This document shows, one piece after another, positions 12,427 through 24,887 of a stretch of DNA of 64,000 nt. Positions within the stretch are counted from its first letter, which is position 1; every line of letters starts with the position of its first letter. Origin of the DNA: Balanoglossus misakiensis (lineage: Eukaryota > Animalia > Hemichordata); NCBI GenBank assembly GCA_040954595.2, contig CM082585.2:9908564-9972563 (forward strand), in the 5' to 3' direction. Made by a program: the position numbers and the translations under genes. The notes under the pieces are model-generated. The model had not been told where the DNA came from. It made no database searches and saw only the letters and a list, made by a program, of their open reading frames with translations.

Positions 12427-14392
12427 GCTGGCCGCTAGTCGCGATCGCTTGGTTAACATTCTGAGGGCTGAGTAAATGTTGTCCTCTCCTGCGTTTAAAG
12501 GGACGATGATACTACATCTTATCAACACAAGAATGTGGTACCGGTAGGCATGTTCGGGGAAAATGTACAGATAGACCGGGGTTGTCAGCTTGCGCGGATA
12601 TAGGCCTACTTATTTCCCTATAACAGAGCGCTTTCCTCTATACGCGAACTTCGACATTTTTACATCTCAATGGGCCTTTATGTGAATAAAAGAAAACACG
12701 GCGTGTACAATTAAAGGAACGGCAATTCGTCGCTAGCTGTTCACAAAAGGTAGCTGCCCGCGCGATGAATGGAGCGAAACTCAAATAATGCTATTTAAAA
12801 ACCATGAATGTCGTCACGGCAAACAGTGCAATATGTCAACATCATCGCCAACCGACGACAAGAGAAACGAAGATCCTCATTGGCGTGAATTTTTAACAAG
12901 TGTGCCGTCACCGAGTCGTCAATGTCGGAAGTGATGATGCAGAGAAGGCAGAGTCACTTATATATGCTATCATTTCTTTTCATTGTCAAATAAAACCAGA
13001 AATCTCGTAAAACTCGATTGTTGTACGACATGAAAATACAGTATATAGGACAGGTATTGGCCAATCGTTCTCGGCGTTGCAAAGTGTTTCTTATTTTATC
13101 ACATTAGGATACCTACATAATAGCGATTAAAACAATATCTTAATTGTTATCACATCAACGCGCGAAAGAATCGCACAGGACAGTGCCTCATTGTTTTTAC
13201 TCATATTGTGCATTGTAGATGATGGAGATTTTATGATCACATAAAAATCCAATCGATACTACAATACCTTTAACCTGTACAAACGGAGACAATGCATGCA
13301 TGGTTGAAACAGGTGGTCCGCCTACTTGCACGGGAGCCTGACTGAATTTTTGAGGGCGCCCTATTACCCTTGTTGTGACTATGGTTACTTGCTGAGGATA
13401 GCGGGATGGGGAAAAGACGTGGAATGGCCTTCATAACGATTTTTATCAAATGCAATAAAGTAGCCATTAAAAGAGAAATTAATGGTATCACTGGAAATTG
13501 GTTATGTCTACACTATGTACCATGGCAATCAAGCCAGTGTAATGCATTTGTGATTGTTCTTGGTCAATGATCAAATAAAATGACAGCGTTTTCTTGTTAA
13601 TGTTTGCCATTCACATGCCTCACTGTAGGATCAGATTTATCCAGCGCCCTCATAAAAACAAAAGATCACAATTATTAATGGGGGCGTCCTGTAGCAAACT
13701 CAGTCCAGTCTTCCGTACCTCAATCAAGCTGGCTGCGGTTGCCAATGATTTGAGTTTGTACTGGAAATCATAACATAACTTCAAAGAAGGAGAAAGTCCA
13801 TGTCTGTACATCAAAAACACTTTATTTTCATAACAATAATTATAATATACACAGTTATGGAGATATACCCATTACAAACTAGCTTTGTACAAACATCATG
13901 AGCCCCACTGCCAGATTTGCTATCCATGTATTCAGTTTCATCTTCACTAAAGTATAAAGATTGAATTCCATATGTACAATAGATTCCTGCTAGATATAAT
14001 ATGAAAATGTCAGTAATAGGCAAAATATCAACATTTGCAACACAAAATTTATGAGAAAAAAGTCCATAAAGACTTGGTTCACTTTGCCTGTCTTTATTTC
14101 TGGTGTGTATTTGTAGTCTATTACAATCAGAATATAGGTTGCACACAGTTGGCCCAAAATATGCTTACATCAATAAAAAAACATACCAGTTACTTACTTT
14201 TTGTATAAAATATGACGAAATATTATTTCTGAATGATGTGAATTTCAGAAATTATTTTTCTTCTGAATGTTCAATATATGCAATTTATTTGAATACAGTG
14301 TCAGTCTCTTGTCAAGTTCAAACATTTTACTTTTTTTAATTATGAATGTTCCTCAATTTTATGCAAAAAATAGTAGATTTTATTTTTCCACA

Positions 14393-17300
14393 TTATGTCT
14401 GAGAGCCGAAGAGAACTTGCATGAGGGCAACATAATTGACAAATTGGATGCCTTCCGAGGGTTTGTTTCCTGTCCAGCTCTGGTCGAGTGAGAGTGGTGG
14501 TTGTGTGTATTGGACGTTGGAGATTGGGTTCTCTCTCCAGTTCAAGAGCCGGACCACACTGGCATAGTTCACTTGTCCCTGTTCGTTCATGTCCATTCTG
14601 TCGGAGAGAGAGAGTAACAAAGAATTCAGTCACCAAAATATGAATATGCGAGACAGTCAGTGTGCCCTCTAAGCCCATATGATGCACCACGGACTCAACA
14701 AACTCCCTGTTAACTCAGAAAATTATTCACAATAAATGCAAAGGTATGAGGCTGACCTAAAGAAATTTCTAGAAATCTTCACACTGACTCATAGTTCATT
14801 ACAATTATGTTTGTTACAGGGCCCACACAGAAGAGTGTGCTGAGAAAACATATGTAAGCTTGTGTCGGAATGCAAAAGCTGAAAGCAGATCGCAACAGAA
14901 GGGTACAAGTCACAGATCAGAGGTAAGGGATTAGCTTACCTTGAAATAATGGTCCTCAGCAAGTCATCCGGGATAGGCACATGGAAAGCGTGACAGATCT
15001 GGCGGATCTGTTCCGGATGGATGTATCCGGAGCCGTCGGTGTCGTGGTGAGTGAAGCTCTCCATCAACTTCACAAAGTTTTCAAAGTTGTCCTTGCGCAG
15101 CTGTTCCTGGGCAATGGACGCCAAAACGCTGATGTCTACGGTTTCCTCTTGTCTGTCGCTGAAGTGGCGCGCTAACGTGATGATTTCGTGCTCGGTCAGT
15201 TGGCTTCCTCCAACTTGTTGTAGCAAGTGTCTGTGTGAAGTGAGAGACATGATATTATGATTACATGAATCTGTGTTGGTGGCCACTTCTATATAGTGGC
15301 CACTTTGATACAGTTCCTGTGCAATTAACATGTACATTAACAGTTGATTTAAGGTTTGAAATCTACTTCTTTGTTTGAGATGTTCATATCATTGTCAACA
15401 ACCAAAAGTTGTGTGCAAAGTATCATCCAACTCACCTGAATTGTTCATATCGTATTTTGCCGAGGTTTTCTGGGTCATTCCTCTTGAAGAAGTCTGAGAC
15501 CTGTTCCACGTTACTCTGTCCAACATTCTTCAATTTGCTAACAATCACCCCAATGTTGGCCACAGGGAACTGAAACATGAAGTGACAATAGATTCAAAAT
15601 GTAGCACTCTAATCTGTTATAGCATTAGATTTCACATGATCACAGAGAATATCAATCAAACTGAGATTGGGAGAAACTGACACTCACCTCACTGGCCTGT
15701 TTTTCCATGTAACGCAATGCGTACTCATCAGCATCGGTGAGAACGAAGATGTGACAATTGAAATCCACACGGCTGCCAACGTACAGATCAGACGCCATGT
15801 AATATTCAGACAGTTTTGTGCTGAAGCGTGGCTGGTTGGGCTTCTTCACGCGTCCTCTCTCCAAGAATTTACCACCAATGATACCTGAAATACGACAAAT
15901 ACAGTTGTCAAAATTCTTAGGGAACGAAGAACAGGTGAAGACAAGAATTCAGTGTTTTGAAATGACTGGGAGAACAATGAGACGAGATGGATGGTGTCTG
16001 CACTTACCAGAATTTCTCTGTGGTGGTTCAAAGACAGCTATACTGTCATCAGACAAGAAATATGAGATGATGAATCGTCTGTCGATGTCTATTGGTTTTG
16101 TGGTGTCAAGACGAGCGACAAATCGTAGAACATTGCTGTCCAATCCATGCCTGTAATAGATCAGTCAGAGCATTAGCGATGTGCATTTCATTTCATTTTA
16201 ATCACACAAACAGTTGTAGAACAGACTCAAACCATGAACTGATGCTGGATTTGGAACTTAAAACGCCTTATATCCCCTAAGTCCATCCACTGAGATTACA
16301 ATATATCACAGCAAATCTGGATGGTGAATTATATTGACCTACCTGTCCTTCTCCATGAATTTGATGAAATCCCTACGAGGTGGTTTGGGTAGGAGACCCA
16401 TACATGAGCACAGGGAATCTTCTTCAGATCCAAATCCATTGTATGGTGGCCACTGCCTCTCCATCCTGGAAGCAGACGCACCCTTGTATGCAATTGGTGC
16501 AAAGTTATCTGTGAAGGAAGAGGACATCTTGTTAGAGTTATTTTCGGGGAGGTTCACTGAGCAATTTGGAATATCTGTTAAGTCGATATGATGTGGCCGT
16601 ACACTAGAGCTTGAGTTCTGAACTATTTTGTGACTCCAGACGTGCTGGATTTAGCAATGACTTACCGAGTCCATATTTGGTTCTGAAATATTCTTTCGTA
16701 AACTCATCACAGTCACACAGGACAAACTTCCTTCCCCAGACATTGAGTACTGCACCAATCTGTAGGTCACTATCTCTGTAGTAGTCAGTCGCAACAGCTC
16801 CAGTCTGTTGAAAACAAAATTATGGGGAAATAATTGTCAAACATTATGACAATCCAAACCCATTGTAGTCTATGGGAAGGCTGGAACTAGGGGTGGACAG
16901 TGGACAACAAGTTCTTCTCCTGGCCACTTCTTAATTACACACAACGGTGTTTCTGTCAACCTACCTTTAAACTGTCAAGGATGTAGCGTCCACCATGACC
17001 CATGGGTCCGAACACATTCAGCACAGTACGTCCAGTGTTCTCACCCGGCTGTCTCAGCGACTCCGGAGCTTGCTTGGGCAAGCGAGCACGGCGCAAGAAC
17101 ATAGGGGCAGAATCGCGGCCGGAATTAGCCGGGATGACTTCGCGGATCTCGATGGTGTCATCGGCCAGGAAGTAGTGCAGGATCATCTCGCGAGAGTCAC
17201 CAAACATGTTGTCAGTGTCATCCCAGTAACAGTAGAAACGTAAGACATGGCGGTCGTGATCCAGGAACTGCTTGAGGGTGTCGACTTTCTCGTATGGACG

Positions 17301-18578
17301 CAGAGGCTGCTGGGATTGATCCATCTGCAAATCAAAAATATACAATCGTTTCAATGTTATACTTTTTCTTGGCTGTTCTTGTGCTATTTATTTCAAAGCA
17401 GGCAATCACAAAACCTGATGTGATTACAAACTCTGTACACTTACATCTTTTCTGTGTGATGTGTAAGGGTCATCTGGGGTATCATCAGGCAGGCAGACTC
17501 TCACTCCAAGCTTACGCAGGAAGTTGTAGGTGAACTGATCACAGTTGGTGATCTTGAATGTGCGGGAATACAGATTGATTTCTTTGCCTACGTTGAAATC
17601 TTCCACTGTGTAGAACTGGTCATCGTTCGGTGGAGGCAGTGGGATTCTGTGACGTCGGATCAGTGTACCTGAGTAATTAGATATTCAGTCCATGAGTTGA
17701 AGATAGGACAGATGCAATTTTAGTATTGTTTGCCCTTGCCTTCTCTCATCCAAGGAGTCTTGTTTGTAGCTCTTTCTCCAAGATACATTTATCAAATATG
17801 CAACTATTCACATAATTTAATGATACAAATGATGTCATACGTTACACACTCTTTTTGGATTCCCTAAGTTTTTTCTTACCTTGGGGGATACCACTGTTTG
17901 TGACCTGGGGCTCCGTAACCTGGATCGAGTCATCTTCAAGGTAGAAATAAACTTTACATTTCCTTATTCTGAACTGTTCTTCTCTCTTCTCATGGACAGC
18001 TTCTTGAAAGTAGGCATCGAAGCAGAGAACCTGTCTGTCAAAGGCCACCCAGGCTGGGGCTGCATTGCCCTTCCCCTTTGGGATGTTGCTCTGTCTGGGT
18101 TTGGCCTTCTGCCCGAGCAGTCGGTCGCCGCCGATGCCCGGTTTGTGCTCACCAACTAGGAGAGACACATCGTTGCAGTAGTCGAAGTGATGGGATTTGT
18201 GATACTTCTCTCTTCCAAGCTGTAGTTGAAAATGAATATTTACACTCAATCAGTCAATGGTAGGGAAACATCATCTTGTTGACAGGATAAACAAGATGAT
18301 CATACCCAGAGTATTCTCATTATGCATCGGACAATATGCCAATGTAGAATTTAAATCTTATGATCACCACTGAAAAAAGCAGTCCTTTCATGAAGGAATC
18401 TTGCAGTATTTTGTTGAATGACCCGCCTTCCCAACAAGGATTCCCATCTTGACGGCCATAAATGTTGTCATGTGTACTACAGCACAGTTCAGTCTCCAAT
18501 CCAAACATGAGAAGTTTTACAAGAAACTGCACTAACCTTAGGATTGAAAGAGTTTCCTGGTAGAAACGGCAACGACAT
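14393..18578 (-). CDS. EFHC2: EF-hand domain-containing family member C2, conserved copy (copy A; ciliary microtubule inner protein of the RIB72 family; 11 coding exons, 746 aa)
   Basis: Exons (5'->3'): 18578-18537, 18219-17880, 17668-17445, 17324-16965, 16804-16666, 16508-16343, 16150-16008, 15884-15688, 15569-15436, 15230-14940, 14597-14393; open frame of 2241 nt. Begins MSLPFLPGNSFNPKLGREKYHKSHH, close to the recalled vertebrate EFHC2 N-terminus; three DM10 domains and an EF-hand region. Confidence 0.95.
14736..14827. repeat. Dispersed repeat of about 90 bp, also present at about 19935-20025
   Basis: ATGCAAAGGTA..GGCTGAC...AGAAATTT...TGACTCA.AG...AATTATGTT.GTTA.AGGGC is collinear in both copies; family unknown. 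Confidence 0.6.
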
Positions 18579-19149
18579 CCTCGGTCGCTTTTTAAATTGG
18601 TGTTAACTTAAAAGAATGAAGTGCAAAATAAGACTGTCCGGACGGTATCTATCGGCAGCGCTCAGTTACCTGCTCTGTATGAACGGCTGCACGATTGATG
18701 TTGACGCGGTTGCTATCTTGACCGGAGTACAGATTATATTCATCCGCCAAATCCATTATGTGTGTATGGTAGATATAGATTATATTTATTTTATCGCAGG
18801 CACGTTGAATTCAGGTCCATATATCTATAGAAGGATAAAAGGGAACATATGATATGATTAATTCGCAAAACACTTGATACTTTGTGTACTATTTATTGCG
18901 CGTAGTAGTTACGAGAATTTATTTGGGTAAAAAGTCATAACGTAGCAACCAGGAAGTAAACAGTTCCTATATATTTGCTCTTCACTTGTTTCCTCCACAG
19001 ACAAACTAAACTGCGCATGTGTGAAATATTACTAACTTTCCCAGGTGACCTTTCGGTAAATATTGCACCTGGTGTCATGTCAGTGAGGAGCACGGTGCAT
19101 TAGTGAAGCACGCGAGCGTCGTGCAACAATATATTACAGGGCAAGAAGC
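18579..19149. promoter_or_regulatory. Shared head-to-head promoter region of EFHC2 copy A and CMC4
   Basis: 571 bp between divergent ATGs. X-box-like GTTGCTATCTTGAC near 18709-18722, ETS-type CAGGAAGT at 18950-18957, NRF1-like TGCGCATGTG near 19012. Confidence 0.65.
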
Positions 19150-19521
19150 ATGTCACAACCGCAGAAGAGAAAAGAGCCGTGTAAAAAATACGCATGTGAG
19201 ATTCAGAGATGTCTGAAAGGTTAGTGTCAGCTTGATTCAATCTGTAAATAAATTACTGTCGCAGTCAGTGATTCCTGATGATGATGATCAGATGATGATG
19301 ATGATGATGATCCAGTGGACTTGTTAAGGATCTCATGCACTGCTCTCATTCTCAATATTCATTTATTTTCAGCTCACAAGTACAATGAAGCTGCCTGTAA
19401 AGATGTGATACGACAAATGGCCAAGTGCTGTGACAAATTTGGCACTGAAGATTCAGAATGTTGCTCAGGATTCAGGAACACGCACAAAGATTTCCTGAAA
19501 CGTGATGAAGTGACCATGTGA
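19150..19521 (+). CDS. CMC4: Cx9C motif-containing protein 4 (p8MTCP1-like mitochondrial intermembrane-space protein; 2 exons, 72 aa)
   Basis: Exons 19150-19219 and 19373-19521 give MSQPQKRKEPCKKYACEIQRCLKAHKYNEAACKDVIRQMAKCCDKFGTEDSECCSGF..., matching the recalled CMC4 pattern (DPCQKQACEIQKCLQAN...C..VI..L.KCC...CSGF). AATAAA at 19694-19699. Confidence 0.92.
19276..19311. repeat. (GAT)n microsatellite in the CMC4 intron
   Basis: Read directly from the sequence. Confidence 0.85.
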
Positions 19522-20532
19522 TGTTTTATATAGTGTGGTTCTGGAACATTACCCATTGCAAGTTGGGGGGATGGAATATCGAGACACACACATACAGAAG
19601 ATAATACTTCCAACCTTTATTCAGTTATCATGCTGTGAAATTATGGCACCACATCTGGCGAACACAATAACAAAGACCAATCATGTGCAAACAAATAAAT
19701 CTTTGACTCTTTGACTTTCACACGGCTGCAAAAGCTGGTTGTTTAAATGCAAGTGAGGGCACAAAACACAGAATTTCTATCTGTTTGGTCTGTTTATGTA
19801 AATCATAACAATACTCTTTGGTCAGTGATAATTTACAGAGGCAGTCATGGTAGTATGGGTGGGTGGGTGTTATTGCAATAGATTGGCCCATCAAACAAAT
19901 TTTTGAACATGATTGACTACAATAACTTATGCACATGCAAAGGTACAGGGCTGACTCAGAGAAATTTATTGGAATCCTAAAATTGACTCAAAGCTTTTAA
20001 AAATTATGTTAGTTAGAGGGCACAATGGATCAGTCCAACTGTGGGGTAAAGATCACTTGCAACATATGTACGGTCAATTATCTTTATTTCATAGAAAAAC
20101 AGGTCTAATAACTCTATTATGTCTCTCATCATGTCAGCTGTTTTATATTAAAGCATACACTTTCAGACCATGATATATATATTGCACAGCAAAATACACA
20201 TTTTGAGCAATAAAAAAGGGGTTGTGTACCAGTAACCCTGGGAAAAATGTGATAAATTAAACCTGAAAAACACACAAGTATAAAGTGATGGCTATCTATA
20301 CTACAGATATACCCATTGGTTCCTATCAAAGTTACAATGCATACTCAAAATGTAACATCCAATCAGAGTTTGACAAGCAGGATCTAGTAGCAGTAGATCC
20401 AATTGCAAGAGCTGATCTTTGTCTAAAAAACACTGATTGGTTGTTGCCATGATTCACTTTGCATATTCATAACAATTGATCCAATTGGTCAGCTTTGAAG
20501 ACTCTTGTTTATATTGCTACTCGTCTATGCAT

Positions 20533-23500
20533 TTAAAATGCTACACCTAGTAGAAATCCTCCCGCAAAGCCGCTTGTTAACATCACATTCTGTTGACAAA
20601 ATTCTTTCATCTGGAACAGAAAGAGAAGAAACATACAATTATACTAGTATTAAGCATTACTGACCTAACATAATAAAGGCAAACACAACAACAAAATGTT
20701 GACTTTGCCTTGTTTGATTGATCTAGCTGGATTAATCATGTGAAGTTTATTCTACATGGCAATGGTTTAAAATATTTACAGTTACACTGTAGATTTAAGA
20801 AGAGTTCAGTAGAAACAGATTTCACTGTATTAAAATAAGAACTGTTGGTGTTACCTTTTGTAAATATCCATGTAGTTCTGGGGATCGTTTTTGCACCTTT
20901 CTTGCTTCTTTGGTCAGCTGTTTTTGAGCAGTGTCTACGTCCTTCTCGACTCTTGCCCAGTTGATTTTGATGTAACCTCCATAGTGGGCCAGCTAAAAAA
21001 TCAGAGAAATTAATACTGTAACAAGGTGGTGTGATTGGTGGATCAGAAGTGAGACGGGGATCGTGATTGGTCGAAAGAGTATCATGGCATGTGACCCTCC
21101 TGATACTGTTCTTGTAAGTTTCTCTACATCCTAATTATGCAAATTTTGAATACTGATTAACTTACTCTGATAAGGATGAGTCCCCCACCAACAGCAGTGG
21201 CAGCAGCCCTTCCAACTTTCTGGAACACATAACCAGCAACCCTTTACCAAGAAGATAAAATCAAATTTAGAATTTTTTTCAAAACCAACATTTCCTTGCT
21301 CATCAAAGTCTATAAACCACCTTTCAAATAAATCTTACGAAAAACGGGAATTGTGAATTCATTTTGACAGAAAGACATTTGCTACACATTTCTGTAGACT
21401 GTGACTCACCAGCCTGTACTTCCACCAATTGCGAGCTGGGTGACTGCTCCCTTGGCTGTTACATCGCCCAACAATTTCTCAATATACGCATTCCTCCTTT
21501 CTCTTGTCAAGTCAATCACTTCAAAGTGTTCATCCTCTGAAATGCAAAGGTAACATTGTCATCTTTGTATCAATCTAACATTCACAAATCACAAATTAAC
21601 TATTGTGTGATCAATTTTATGTGAATTTATTTTTTATGAACATTTTCATGGACCAGTGGATATTATTCCAGAGAAAAATAATGAAGTGACCAAGCTTGGG
21701 GGATAAATTTCCATAACTGAGAGATTACTTGCACATTATTAAACTTGAAGGTACGCCAGATGAATATAATTTATCATATTAACGTGTATTGGTAATATAG
21801 GTTCTGATGAACTGTGTACATCCAAGAGAAACACTGTTGGCGTGACAACATCTGCTGTCAATGCATTTGGTTTTGTTTTTATAGCTATTTTTTTGATAAT
21901 ATGGGGTTGGTTTGATTTTGTGTGTGAGGATTTCCTGCGTGTATTGGAATATGTTGGCAAACACAGTCATTTCTGTTATATGACCTTACATCATGTATAT
22001 CTTGATAAACTGTTAATACCCTACCACAAATTTATATCATCAATGTATGTTGTGTGAGATGAACTCTGGCGACTGTTGAACCAACAGAAGAGCACTGGAA
22101 CTGAAAAATGACAGATCTAAAGGGACCATATTTATGTTGCACTTTCCATCTTGTCTCGTAACCATACAAGATTTATACCTCGGGTCCAGAGGGACTTTGA
22201 ATAAAGCTCGCTTTACAAGATTAACCATTTGAGATAGATCATAAATATCGTATACCGAACACGGCGTAAGCAAGCGTTTTGAAAGTTGTGGTTCGAATTC
22301 ACCTCATGGAAGGTTTGATTATTACCAATTTGAATGACATATGTGACAATGTTAATCGGATTATCAATTGAAAGGTTCACTGGGATTATTTTCAAATGAC
22401 AAATACACGTGTCAAAGAAATGTGATTCATATCATTAAATTTGAAAAGATCCCAGTTTTATGGATAATTCTGGGACGGCCTTAACAACAATGTGGATATC
22501 CAGGGTGATCCGGGCTACTCAGTGATGCTGTGTACCAGTGCTCTGGAAACAGCAATTACATGTAAAACCCATTGCCAAGTGACTAAATCCAGGTCCCTGT
22601 GGGCGCCCTCTGGTGTTGACCTTTGCCACTCAAAGTCACACCATGCATCTTTCTGCTTCTATTTTAACCCTGTGACAACACTTTCATTCATATCAAAACA
22701 GAGGCATGGTTAATAACCCTGGGATGATACTATTGCTGGTATCAAATCGGCATAGCTCGTACTGCTTTGAGAATAGAGAGCCAAGTTAATTATCTCTCCA
22801 TGCTGCACATTAATGGAAAAGCTGTATAATCAAGTTGAATCAAAATTTATTTTTATCCATCTGGGCCTCTGTCGATTGCTGGCTGCATGCTAAATTTTAC
22901 TGGTATATAAGGATCGGTATCTACGGCACATGCAACTCAATATCCATGCAGATTTTATCACTGTAGGCAAAGAACACAGAGTACACAATCAGTGTTCTCG
23001 TTTTCGGGGAACTGGCAACACAAAATTTCATTGATGCTGAAAACACACCGAACCTTCCATCAATGCAAACTGATCCGTGCCACATGACATCGGTTTGCCC
23101 AATCACAGCACATGAAATAGACAATAGTGTTACAATATTGGTAACTTATATTTGGTCTCATACCAGTGACTGACAGATTTATTCCCAATGACCTGCCCTT
23201 TCAGGAGATGTCATTTTTCACTGTGAGCAATATAGTATGGTTGGTTGCACACTCTAATTACTTCAAGGACGTGAAGTCAAATATCCCTGCAAACTGTACA
23301 TCCTTATTTAGTATCACTCTGTACTGCAGGCTATTATTATATTAGATAATCATCATATTATCTTGATATTATGATGACATCATAATAATATCAAGACTTA
23401 TGATATTATCCAAGACTTAAAATCATAAGGATCACCCCCTCCCCAACACACACACACACACACACTATTAATCATTATGTAAATGCATCATTTCGACTAA

Positions 23501-23818
23501 GATTATCATTTTTCCAATAAGGAAAATCCCGTTTCTAGTCAAGCAATCACGCGTAGAACCGACAATATGATTGAAAATCACCGTTGATATGATACTCTCG
23601 TCTACGTCTCTATATGTCCCACGACTGGAAGCTTTACACTTCCTGTGCAGACAGGAAGCAGTTTTTGCAGTGCGGGTTGAAACCCTGTATTTTGTTTTTG
23701 CGCAAACATGGCCATTCTTACGTTTAGTTGCTATAAATGAGAATGTAGTTTGAGAGTTTTCGGCACTCGTGACAAAATTGCCGTAACTTTTAGACTGACC
23801 TTGTGGTGCTTCCGCCAT
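20533..23818 (-). CDS. FUNDC1: FUN14 domain-containing protein, probable co-orthologue of FUNDC1/FUNDC2 (mitochondrial outer-membrane mitophagy receptor; 5 exons, 145 aa)
   Basis: Exons (5'->3'): 23818-23800, 21536-21410, 21241-21166, 20992-20855, 20610-20533 (438 nt). Product includes FEVIDLT (LIR), [49 protein letters not shown] and SGFAGGFLLGVAF-stop, the FUN14 family signature. Confidence 0.93.
22601..22619 (-). promoter_or_regulatory. CTCF-like motif in FUNDC intron 1
   Basis: Minus strand reads CAACACCAGAGGGCGCCC, close to the CTCF core CCASYAGRKGGCRS. Confidence 0.45.
23446..23465. repeat. (CA)n microsatellite in FUNDC intron 1
   Basis: Read directly from the sequence. Confidence 0.85.
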
Positions 23819-24887
23819 CTTTGACAGTGCTTGCCAATGTCGACTAACCTATGGGGTCAAAAAAATGTCACACTCACAGCTGGAGCTCTGGTACAAGGGG
23901 CATTATGTTAGCCTGAATATTGGGTAAACAAGCAAATAAATAAATAAATAAACTAGTTAATTAATTAATAACTTTAATTCTCAACAACACACTCAGTGAG
24001 AGTGCGGTAAGGCAAAATTTACACAACTCAACTGGGTTGTAGACAAAATTTTTAAAAAATGCATGCATGCATTATACATACACACATACATACATATCTC
24101 ATACATACATACATAACTACATGTAATTGAAAGCCTTATTGATCAATGATATATATGTCAATATTTGTATTTTATCCTGTTTTCTAAGTGTTATTGGAAT
24201 GGCTTGTGTGTACATGTTCTTTGGAAAGTCACATGGTATTACTATTGTACATTTCTACAAAAATATTCCAGACAGTTGATACATACACAACAGTGTAAAA
24301 TCACACACAAATATGGAAGAATTGTAATGTGAAAAAAAACTAAATAGATAGTATTCAAAGAATACAGATTAAAACAATGAGTGAATATTGTTTCACATGT
24401 CCTCTGTCTGTTTGTGGACAGGTGTGTGAAACATTGTGATGTAAAATTTAACCATCTGTGCTCAAATAAAAAACATCTCTTGGAGCAATGACCGCGCATA
24501 ACACCGCTTCAAGCAATAACCTCAAAACTGGGTCTACTGTGGCCAATATAGTCCAGGTGTAGACGATTCCTCGCGGACACAACGAGTCTATCCATCTGGT
24601 GATACAGAGCCACACATTGTTTTGGTAATCTGCGCAACTCGGAACTGAAATTTCTGCGCGAAAGTTGGCCTGGTCATGTGATTGACGAAAGCAACGATGA
24701 TTGGACACGTTTCAGGGCAATAGAGTTGTACGGCGTGAGGTGGCTCGTGTCATCTACCAACTTTCTTGTGAACCTACAAGTTTTGTGGAAATTAACGCCA
24801 AATCTGTGTCGCGATTCTGCACCATGAGCTCAAGACCTGGAGTTTATTATTTGATCTCCGTGATTCTGGGCTAAATGCGTTTGGAAA
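23819..24887. promoter_or_regulatory. Head-to-head promoter region of FUNDC and KDM6A
   Basis: About 1.07 kb between divergent ATGs; CpG-rich towards KDM6A; YY1-type motifs overlap both start codons (CCGCCATCTT 23812-23821; AAAATGGCG 24885-24893). Confidence 0.65.

Noticed and set aside
23361-23396. Near-perfect AT-rich hairpin in FUNDC intron 1
   Set aside because: Low-complexity palindrome with no support for a functional RNA.
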